DNA of 64,000 nucleotides, taken from NCBI GenBank assembly GCA_943354045.1, contig CALRBF010000001.1, positions 259,860 to 323,859 on the forward strand, read 5' to 3'. The position numbers and the translations under genes are program-made. This stretch comes from Parcubacteria group bacterium. GTDB lineage: Bacteria > Patescibacteriota > Minisyncoccia > SW-4-49-11. The notes under the pieces were generated by a model. The model did not search any database and was not told the origin of the DNA. It saw only the letters and a program-made list of their open reading frames with translations. Below, piece after piece: positions 50,259 through 57,750 of this stretch. Every line of letters starts with the position of its first letter. The stretch's first letter is position 1.

Positions 50259-52068
50259 ATCTATTAGATCTCTTTCGCTCATTGGCATCTAATACTCTTT
50301 TGCGAATTCTGAGACTCATTGGAGTTACCTCGAGGAGTTCATCATCAGCTAAATATTCAATACTAGCTTCTAGAGACATATCTTTAGGAGGAGCAATAAA
50401 TACCCCATCATCAGATCCAGATGCTCGCATATTGGTAAGCTTTTTTGCCTTTACCGGATTAATTTCTACATCTTGCTCCCGATTAGATTCTCCAAGCACC
50501 ATACCAGGATATACTTCTGTTCCATCAGTTACAAAGAATACCCCTCGATCTGAAGCTCCATCGAGAGCATATTTGGTGATTTTCCCGAGCTCCAGAGAGA
50601 CAATAGATCCAGTTAAACGCCCTTTACCACTGGATGCTCGAGGTCCATATTCAAGAAAAGAACTATTCATAATTACCGTTCCCTTAGACAGGGTAAGAAG
50701 AATACTTCTAAGTCCAATCAAATTCTGTGTGGTAATCTTATATTCAATATGAGACTCATTATGATCATTGATTTCCATATTCACAAGCTCACCCTGTCGC
50801 TTATTGACGGCTTCAATGATTTTACCGCTATATTCTTCTGGTACATCTAAACTTAATAGCTCATAAGGCTCTTCGGTAGCTCCATTATTGTCTCGAAGGA
50901 TTACCTGCGGTCTCCCGACAGAGAATTCATATCCCTCACGCCGCATAGTCTCAATCAATACCGCTAAATGAAGCTCACCTCGCCCTGCTACCAAAAATTT
51001 ATCCGGACTATCGGTATCTGCAATATTTAAGCTAATATTAGTCTCTTGCTCCTTATATAATCTATCTCGAATCATACGAGAAGTAGAATATTTTCCTTCT
51101 TTGCCTGAGAAAGGACTATCATTAATCGCAAACATCATCTGAAGAGTTGGGCTTTCCACTTCAATAGGAGCTATTTGTACCGGATTTTGAGAGTCAGCAA
51201 TAGTATCTCCAATTTCAATACCTCCTATTCCTGCAATTACAGCAATATCTCCCGCAATCAACTCATCAGTATCAATAAGTTCCATACCATTATATCGAAG
51301 TAGACTGGTAATAGTGTTTTTGGTCTGATTACCTGCTTTATCTATACGCACTACTGACATACCTTTTACAATTTTCCCAGCATCAATACGGCCTACAGCC
51401 ATAGTCCCTTTGAATTTATCAAATTGAAGATTCAAGGTAAGCATTCTAAATGAATCTACAATAGGAGATGTTGGAGCTGGAATTTCATTCACAATAACCT
51501 CGAATAATTCGGTCAAATCCTTACCTGTCTGATCAGTTTCAAGGGATGCAGAGCCATTGATAGCAGAAGCATATACAATAGGGAAATCTAATTGTTTATC
51601 ATTAGCATTAAGAGTTACGAATAAATCAAAAGTCTTATCTACCACAGAGTCTGGATTAGCATCAGGGCGGTCAATTTTATTAATTACCACCACTACCCGA
51701 AGCCCCAAAGCTAAAGCTTTTTTGAGCACAAATTTGGTTTGTGGCATAGGTCCCTCTTTAGAATCCACCAAAAGTAAGGCTCCATCAGCCATTTTGAGCA
51801 CTCGCTCTACTTCTCCACCAAAATCAGCATGGCCAGGAGTATCAATAAGATTAATAGTATAATCCTTATAGCTAACTGAGGCGTTCTTGGCTCTAATAGT
51901 AATACCTTTTTCTCGCTCCAAATCCATAGAATCCATAACACGCTCCTGCACAGCCTGATTTTCACGAAAAATCTGAGTCTGATGCAAAATAGCATCCATC
52001 AAAGTGGTTTTACCATGATCAACATGAGCAATAATAGCAAGATTACGGATATGTGAATTCATAAACAA
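50257..52068 (-). CDS. typA: Translational GTPase TypA/BipA
   Basis: 'NLAIIAHVDHGKTTL' G1, 'DTPGHADF' G3; 603 aa. Confidence 0.92.
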   Translation of the reverse strand: MFMNSHIRNLAIIAHVDHGKTTLMDAILHQTQIFRENQAVQERVMDSMDLEREKGITIRAKNASVSYKDYTINLIDTPGHADFGGEVERVLKMADGALLLVDSKEGPMPQTKFVLKKALALGLRVVVVINKIDRPDANPDSVVDKTFDLFVTLNANDKQLDFPIVYASAINGSASLETDQTGKDLTELFEVIVNEIPAPTSPIVDSFRMLTLNLQFDKFKGTMAVGRIDAGKIVKGMSVVRIDKAGNQTKNTITSLLRYNGMELIDTDELIAGDIAVIAGIGGIEIGDTIADSQNPVQIAPIEVESPTLQMMFAINDSPFSGKEGKYSTSRMIRDRLYKEQETNISLNIADTDSPDKFLVAGRGELHLAVLIETMRREGYEFSVGRPQVILRDNNGATEEPYELLSLDVPEEYSGKIIEAVNKRQGELVNMEINDHNESHIEYKITTQNLIGLRSILLTLSKGTVIMNSSFLEYGPRASSGKGRLTGSIVSLELGKITKYALDGASDRGVFFVTDGTEVYPGMVLGESNREQDVEINPVKAKKLTNMRASGSDDGVFIAPPKDMSLEASIEYLADDELLEVTPMSLRIRKRVLDANERKRSNR

Positions 52069-52271
52069 TACAAAGATAAGTAATATATGGGTTCTTTTTG
52101 TTTATTCTACCTAATATCTGATAAAAATGCAAATCTATAACAATATATTATTAGTTTTTATATAAATGTTATCTCTTGACATTTATGATAGTTGAGTGTA
52201 TATTATAAATCTGCTTAAGCAATACAATTCAATATCACATATCAAAAGGAGCGCTCAGCTCCTTTTGTCGT

Positions 52272-52306
52272 AGAATAACTGTTCCATGTGGAACAGTTAT
52301 TCTACC
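52272..52306. promoter_or_regulatory. Perfect 16+16-bp palindrome in the typA divergent intergenic region
   Basis: 'tagaataactgttcca tg tggaacagttattcta', preceded by a second hairpin 'aaaaggagc gctca gctcctttt' (52243-52268). Confidence 0.4.
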
Positions 52307-52319
52307 CACCTCAGGCGAA

Positions 52320-52600
52320 GAGGTTGTGGGCTGTTCTAAAAATTCCCCTCTCCACCTACGGTCGATAAATTGAGGGCTTTAAGTCCCTCCTATTATTTCT
52401 TGTAAAGAGATATTAGGAGGGGGCGACCTTTCAGTCGAGTGTATTATAAATCTGTCTCCCTTTGGAGGGAGAACCCACAGGGGGAGGGTGGATTATACGC
52501 AAAATCTAGCTATAACACCTATATTAGAATAGGCTACCAATTATACTTTATCCACCCCCGCCTTTTAGGCACTCCCTTCGACAAAGGTGTCAAAATATTC
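52320..52600. repeat. Composite mosaic palindromic repeat
   Basis: 'gagggctttaagtccctcctattatttc...gagatattaggagggggcgacctttcagtcg', 'tctccctttggagggaga', 'gggtggat...tatccaccc'. Confidence 0.7.
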
Positions 52601-52632
52601 TATACTAAAGCTAAATTTATAATCTCAAATCT

Positions 52633-53220
52633 ATGAAATATTTTCACAAAATCATTATCTGGCTAACATATATAAGTCCTATTGTATTCATCCCTTTAGC
52701 CACACTTACTCCAGCCCTAAGATCAGATTATGGAAAGAAATTTGGGACAATAGCTTTAATATTATTTGTAATAACCCTTATTCCTGGTATAATTCAGAGG
52801 TTTGGGCTAGCTAAAGAGTTTAATCTCATAATCAAGCTAATTTTACCAGTTAGGAGACAGTTTGGAATTTTGATGTTTGTAGCTACTTTTACACATTATC
52901 TAGCGATGAAAGTAATCCCTACATTACAATTCAAACTCCCCCCATCTCTACCAGTTTATCAGGCCTTTGGACTAGTGGCTCTGATATTCTCCTTTGCTTT
53001 ATTTATAACCTCCAATAATTGGGCTACTCGTAAGCTCAAGTCAAACTGGAAAAGACTACATCGCCTTACTTATATAATTGGTTGGCTAATTTTGGGGCAT
53101 GTTTTATTAGGAGGACTTAAATCCGAAAGCGAAGTCTCCCTACAGGCTATTGTAATCGGAGTTGTAATGGTATTAGAAGTAGCTTCTCTTATCAAAGCTA
53201 AGGTGAAGGTGTTGAGTTAG
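52633..53220 (+). CDS. Membrane protein (possibly ferric-reductase-like/MsrQ-like haem-binding TM domain)
   Basis: 6 TM helices with conserved His in 'FTHYLAMK' and 'ILGHVLL'; family call is tentative. Confidence 0.35.
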   Translation: MKYFHKIIIWLTYISPIVFIPLATLTPALRSDYGKKFGTIALILFVITLIPGIIQRFGLAKEFNLIIKLILPVRRQFGILMFVATFTHYLAMKVIPTLQFKLPPSLPVYQAFGLVALIFSFALFITSNNWATRKLKSNWKRLHRLTYIIGWLILGHVLLGGLKSESEVSLQAIVIGVVMVLEVASLIKAKVKVLS

Positions 53221-53504
53221 TTTTTAGTCCTGTTAATTTTTATTGTTAAAATCAATACTGTTAAATTAGCAATCAAATATATACTTGAAACCCCAATATA
53301 TAAACTATCTTCTAATATAAATATACCATATAAAAGCGAAACTCCTGACGTAGAAGCCCATAGCTCATAAGATCTACTATTAGCACTATATTTTTTATGG
53401 ATATACAAATCTTTTATAGTAGGCCAATATCCTATGATATCTATTATAGCGGTAGCTCCAAACAAAAAGATTATAAGTTGTATAAATATCTGATATAAAT
53501 CCAT
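53217..53504 (-). CDS. Small hypothetical membrane protein
   Basis: 95 aa, three hydrophobic helices. Confidence 0.3.
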   Translation of the reverse strand: MDLYQIFIQLIIFLFGATAIIDIIGYWPTIKDLYIHKKYSANSRSYELWASTSGVSLLYGIFILEDSLYIGVSSIYLIANLTVLILTIKINRTKN

Positions 53505-53559
53505 TTTGTTTAGATTAAATTATATATATTTGTATTATATACTATATTAATTCTAGATA

Positions 53560-54189
53560 CTATCCCAAATGAGCATGGTCATTCCAAGTAACTATTTTCC
53601 AATCCTTTTTTATTTCGTCAAATTGCATCCATACAATACCCGTATTACTCATAATAAAGTTATCTGTGATAATTTTTGCCTCTTTTGGTGTAACATTAGA
53701 ATCAAATAGTCTATACCAGATAAGACAATGCAGAAAATTTTTATGGGTTACAATAATAATATTGTCTTCCTTCCTAGACTCGATAAATTCAAATGCTTTT
53801 TGGGCTCTTTGTTTTAAATCCTCAAAATTTTCTTCATCAGAATGTCTATAACTTAATATTTCCCAATTATCTGCAATTGCTTTATCTATAGCTTTTAATT
53901 CTTCCAGCTCTTTACTCTTTTCTTCTTGAATAGATGGTCTTTTTCTTTCTCTAAATAATTCATTCTTCTCAATAGGTAAATTCACTGTCTTAGATATATA
54001 TTCAGCTGTTTCATATGCCCTCGTATAAGGACTTGATATCAGTAAATCAACTGTAATATTACTTAACCGCCTAGACGTTGTCTGCGCTTGTTCATGACCT
54101 AATTCAGACAATGGGATACTCGCCGATTGATATACCCTCAATGTATTTCCCTCTGATTGCCCATGGCGTACAAAATATATATTTTTCAT
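53560..54189 (-). CDS. Histidine phosphatase family (phosphoglycerate mutase-like) protein
   Basis: 'MKNIYFVRHGQSEGN' RHG motif. The ORF-track N-terminal extension to 54240 reads through the tRNA-Ala 3'-end duplicate and is rejected. Confidence 0.7.
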   Translation of the reverse strand: MKNIYFVRHGQSEGNTLRVYQSASIPLSELGHEQAQTTSRRLSNITVDLLISSPYTRAYETAEYISKTVNLPIEKNELFRERKRPSIQEEKSKELEELKAIDKAIADNWEILSYRHSDEENFEDLKQRAQKAFEFIESRKEDNIIIVTHKNFLHCLIWYRLFDSNVTPKEAKIITDNFIMSNTGIVWMQFDEIKKDWKIVTWNDHAHLG

Positions 54190-54190
54190 A

Positions 54191-54320
54191 TGTGGACCTG
54201 ACTGGGATACAAACCAGACTGGTAGTCTTGGGAAACCCACGGTTTCCCAACCTTCCTAGACAGGAAACTCCCGTTTCCCGACCCCTTCCCAACTGGCTCG
54301 ATCATTTGTTTAGTTAATAC
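54191..54320 (-). mobile_element. Miniature insert 3' of tRNA-Ala: partial tRNA 3'-end duplicate (18-nt exact direct repeat) plus a conserved two-hairpin GC-rich module
   Basis: 'tgtggacctgactgggat' at 54191-54208 and 54321-54338; module 'ggaaacccacggtttccc...ggaaactcccgtttcccgaccccttcccaactggctcgatc' shared with 57187-57300. Confidence 0.5.
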
Positions 54321-54322
54321 TG

Positions 54323-54395
54323 TGGACCTGACTGGGATCGAACCAGCCACCTCCTCGGTGCAAGCGAGGCGCTCTACCAGATGAGCTACAGGCCC
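54323..54395 (-). tRNA. tRNA-Ala (anticodon TGC)
   Basis: Reverse complement 'gggcctgtagctcatctggtagagcgcctcg cttgcac cgagg aggtg gctggttcgatcccagtcaggtcca'. Confidence 0.85.
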
Positions 54396-54451
54396 TAATT
54401 ACAGATTAGAGTATATCAGATTGTGATTATCTATGCAAGAGTTAAAGATAT

Positions 54452-55360
54452 CTAATTTAGATTTGTATGGGTAAAATCTAATAACTGGAAGTTATTTTCT
54501 TGAATATATTCTGGTGTCACTGTATACAATACTGGTGCAAAATTTGTCGTAACATATTCTGTAGACTGTATTTTGCCATTTACTCTACACTCCTTCAAAA
54601 TTTCATTATATCGAAAATATATATCGCCCCTTTTTACAAAACAATGATTTTTTTCAATAATATGGTATTTTTCTGGAATTCTTTTTGTGGTTAGAACTTG
54701 CCCCTTAAGATGTGTGTCTGTAAGCCATATTTTTAATTGAAGAGGTTGATTTGATATATTTTCTAACTTTAGATCAATAAAATTATATAATATCGTAGCT
54801 CCACCACCAAAAGGTAATGTTCTCCCAGAATCAGGAAAAACGTCCATGGAATGATGATATCTCTCTATAGTTTGCATTGATGTGTGTAAAAATATCCAGT
54901 ATAAAAAATTAGAGAGCTGACATAGTCCTCCCCCTAAACCTGGGATAACCGCCCCGTTTGCAAGTAACATTCCATCTACATATCCTTTGTCATATGTGGG
55001 TTTCCCAATCAATTTCCATAAAGAAAATATTTTTCCCGGCTCAATAACTACTCCATCTAAATGTTTAATTGCCTGTTTAAGATTAGTTATCTTTTGTTCT
55101 TGTAACTCCAAGTCACTATCACCAAGCCTCCTCCTAAGTACCGATTGATGCCGCGCAACTACCATTGGCAAAAAATCTTCCGTCTGATAACATCGTATTT
55201 TAGAATCTAAAATATTAGATATCGTACGAGATGTATGTCTTACAAATAAAATTGGCTTTTGAATAAAAGGATATTGTTTTGATAATGCAGTTCTCTTTGG
55301 CGACTCATATTCTGTTAATAATTTTTGTACCTTACTCCACAAGTCTCCTGGCTCATCCAT
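54452..55360 (-). CDS. VanW-like protein
   Basis: 302 aa; 'GGGLCQLSNFLYW' resembles the VanW-domain G-G-G-x-C-Q motif. Confidence 0.5.
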   Translation of the reverse strand: MDEPGDLWSKVQKLLTEYESPKRTALSKQYPFIQKPILFVRHTSRTISNILDSKIRCYQTEDFLPMVVARHQSVLRRRLGDSDLELQEQKITNLKQAIKHLDGVVIEPGKIFSLWKLIGKPTYDKGYVDGMLLANGAVIPGLGGGLCQLSNFLYWIFLHTSMQTIERYHHSMDVFPDSGRTLPFGGGATILYNFIDLKLENISNQPLQLKIWLTDTHLKGQVLTTKRIPEKYHIIEKNHCFVKRGDIYFRYNEILKECRVNGKIQSTEYVTTNFAPVLYTVTPEYIQENNFQLLDFTHTNLN

Positions 55361-55495
55361 ATAATATAATATAATTTATATTATATTATATTATATTTTA
55401 TACTACATCACCAGTATACTTATCCACATTATTCGTGTTCGACAGTATCAGCCGTCCCTAAATAAAAGAGAGAAGTATAACTCCTCTCTTTATTT

Positions 55496-55572
55496 TGGCG
55501 GGGACGGCCGGGCTCGAACCGGTGACCTTCTGCGTGACAGGCAGACGCTCTAACCAACTGAGCTACGCCCCC
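55496..55572 (-). tRNA. tRNA-Asp (anticodon GTC), CCA encoded
   Basis: Reverse complement 'gggggcgtagctcagttggttagagcg tctgc ctgtcac gcaga aggtc...ggttcgagcc...cgtccccgcca'. Confidence 0.85.
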
Positions 55573-55623
55573 ATAATTGTTGTAGTATATCAATGATCTT
55601 ATACTTCTGCAAGAGCAATACTA

Positions 55624-55698
55624 TGGGGTGGCCAACGGGAATCGAACCCGTAATGTCGGAACCACAACCCGAAGTTTTACCGTTAAACTATGGCCACC
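55624..55698 (-). tRNA. tRNA-His (anticodon GTG) with G-1, CCA encoded
   Basis: Reverse complement 'g gtggcca tagtttaacggtaaaac tcggg ttgtggt tccga...gggttcgattcccgt tggccac c cca'. Confidence 0.8.
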
Positions 55699-55772
55699 AC
55701 ATAATATTTCTCCTTTTGACAAGAAGTCTAGGATATTCTATCAAAAATAAGCTTGATTTGCAACTATACCCC

Positions 55773-57104
55773 CTACTTATTTTGTAATATTACTTTTAAT
55801 ACCTCATCTTTGTCAGAAGTTAGGGTAAATAATTTTTCATCTTCCAGCTTAATAGTACCATATTCATGAACAAATACTTTGTCGATATATTCTACTAATG
55901 GCCACCAAAACTCAGTGTCAAAGAGTATAAGAGGAGTTTTATCTACTTTATGTGTTTGTACTAAGGTTAATACCTCAAATAATTGATGCAGGGTTCCAAG
56001 CCCTCCCGGACAAAACAAATATTGATTAGTAGGTCCTGTTAATATAAATTGCCGAGTAAATGGAAATCTAAAATGAATAGAATCACTTACATAATTATTC
56101 ATTGTTTTTCCCGCCTGATGCAAAAGAGTTGCAAAAGCTGGTTTTCCGGCTTCTGCAGATGCTTTATTAGCTGCTTCTGCTATACCAAAACCACCTCCTG
56201 TAAGAATACTAAAGTCATATTTGATTAATTCCTGTGCAATAACATAGGTATCCTGATAATAGTGACTATCTTGTGAAACTTTATTACTTCCGAGTATTGT
56301 CACATTTTGGGATAAAGACTCAAGAAACTCAAGCCCCTCTACTAATTCCGCCATTATACGAAATATTCGCCAATTCACACTAGCGATAGCAGTACTATTG
56401 GATGAAGTAGCTAATATATTAGGATAATCCTCTGTCTTACTAATAATTTCAAAGGCTTCTTCGGCAGTCTCTACTATATGTATCATTTCTAAATCCTCAG
56501 CTTTTATGGCCCCAAGTACAGAATGACAAGTGTTTCGTAAAAATTGTATCAGAGGGTTCCAGAAGTCCTGTCCTACCAAAATAACGGGAACTCTTTGCAT
56601 AAAGCCAAGTGCCATTTCATTTAATACTTGAAATAATTCATCTACAGTTCCATATCCCCCAGGAAAATAAACAAAAGCCTGAGAAGGACTTGTAAGCATA
56701 ACTTTACGAGTAAAGAAATAGCTAAAATTAACCGAATCAGTAACATAAGAATTGATACGCTGTTCCATAGGAAGTTCAATCCCGAGCCCAATAGAATCGC
56801 CTTTTACTTGAAAAGCTCCACGATTGGCAGCCTCCATAATACCAGGTCCTCCTCCTGTAATCACCGTATAATTATTGAGTCCTAATAATTCCCCTAATTT
56901 ACGTGCTTTTATATAATATTGATCATCTTCATGAGTACGGGCTGAGCCAAATATCGTAACTTCATTTTTGTATTTTGCCATCAAATCATAACCCTCTACA
57001 AATTCTGCCATTACCTTGAATAATTTCCAAGAATCTGTTTGGGCGAGCTTATAGGGAGCTCCTATGGTGTCTTGAAGAGTTTTGAGTTTTTCGGTATATG
57101 CCAT
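55773..57104 (-). CDS. Tandem LOG-family (TIGR00730, cytokinin-riboside-5'-monophosphate phosphoribohydrolase-like) protein
   Basis: Domain 1 'GGGPGIME' + 'PGGYGTVDE'; domain 2 'GGGFGIAE' + 'PGGLGTLHQ' (E to Q). Confidence 0.75.
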   Translation of the reverse strand: MAYTEKLKTLQDTIGAPYKLAQTDSWKLFKVMAEFVEGYDLMAKYKNEVTIFGSARTHEDDQYYIKARKLGELLGLNNYTVITGGGPGIMEAANRGAFQVKGDSIGLGIELPMEQRINSYVTDSVNFSYFFTRKVMLTSPSQAFVYFPGGYGTVDELFQVLNEMALGFMQRVPVILVGQDFWNPLIQFLRNTCHSVLGAIKAEDLEMIHIVETAEEAFEIISKTEDYPNILATSSNSTAIASVNWRIFRIMAELVEGLEFLESLSQNVTILGSNKVSQDSHYYQDTYVIAQELIKYDFSILTGGGFGIAEAANKASAEAGKPAFATLLHQAGKTMNNYVSDSIHFRFPFTRQFILTGPTNQYLFCPGGLGTLHQLFEVLTLVQTHKVDKTPLILFDTEFWWPLVEYIDKVFVHEYGTIKLEDEKLFTLTSDKDEVLKVILQNK

Positions 57105-57137
57105 AATTTTGTTTTGAATAATTGAGGGGGGGGGTAT

Positions 57138-57324
57138 TCGATTTCTGGTTTTTTACTCGTTTACGGGGGTGTCTCCGATTGGGATCTCAGTCGCTATAGC
57201 TCCTTGGAAACCCACGGTTTCCAACACTCGGAGTAAACTCCTCGCTGCCTTCCTTCACGGGGAACTCCCGTTCCCCGACCCCTTCCCAGTTCGATCCTTT
57301 AATTATTTACTTTTAATTAATATT
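57138..57324 (-). mobile_element. Miniature insert 3' of tRNA-Arg: 49-nt exact direct repeat of the tRNA 3' end plus trailer, enclosing the conserved two-hairpin GC-rich module
   Basis: 'tcgatttctggttttttactcgtttacgggggtgtctccgattgggatc' at 57138-57186 and 57325-57373; module 'ttggaaacccacggtttccaac...ggggaactcccgttccccgaccccttcccagttcgatcc'. Confidence 0.55.
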
Positions 57325-57356
57325 TCGATTTCTGGTTTTTTACTCGTTTACGGGGG

Positions 57357-57430
57357 TGTCTCCGATTGGGATCGAACCAATAACCTACAGCTTAGAAGGC
57401 TGTTGCTCTATCCAATTGAGCTACAGAGAC
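57357..57430 (-). tRNA. tRNA-Arg (anticodon TCT)
   Basis: Reverse complement 'gtctctgtagctcaattggatagagcaacagc cttctaa gctgt aggttattggttcgatcccaatcggagaca'. Confidence 0.85.
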
Positions 57431-57750
57431 GATATACAAAAGCATTATAGCAAATATGATTGGTTTTTACAAATAAAAAAAGCCCCGACAAATGCGGGAG
57501 CTGATAGTGGTGTGGGGAGACTCATCAAGGAAAAAATTTGCCCCCCCTTATAAGGCCATAGTGCAATAATCAGAGTTATTATTAAGATTATAATGGAAAA
57601 AAACCATTTGTAGGAGCTATAGCAACAACTAAAACTGCTCCAGCCACAATGGTAATGCCTCGACGGAACATAGCACAAAGCTGAGAAAAGTTCATGGGAA
57701 AATTACAGTAACCACACAAATAGTACTATATTTTTCAAAAATATCAATTT

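Noticed and set aside
52633-53220. Confident functional calls for several membrane proteins (MsrQ-like, Wzy-like 47344..48603, CvpA-like 38894..39415)
   Set aside because: Only topology and a few residues are visible. Family assignments from sequence inspection alone are too weak, so they are kept as generic membrane proteins.
54190-54240. N-terminal extension 'MGFPRLPVWFVSQSGPH' of the histidine phosphatase ORF
   Set aside because: It is encoded by the tRNA-Ala 3'-end duplicate and the GC-rich module. The conserved 'MKNIYFVRHGQSEGN' start lies immediately downstream.
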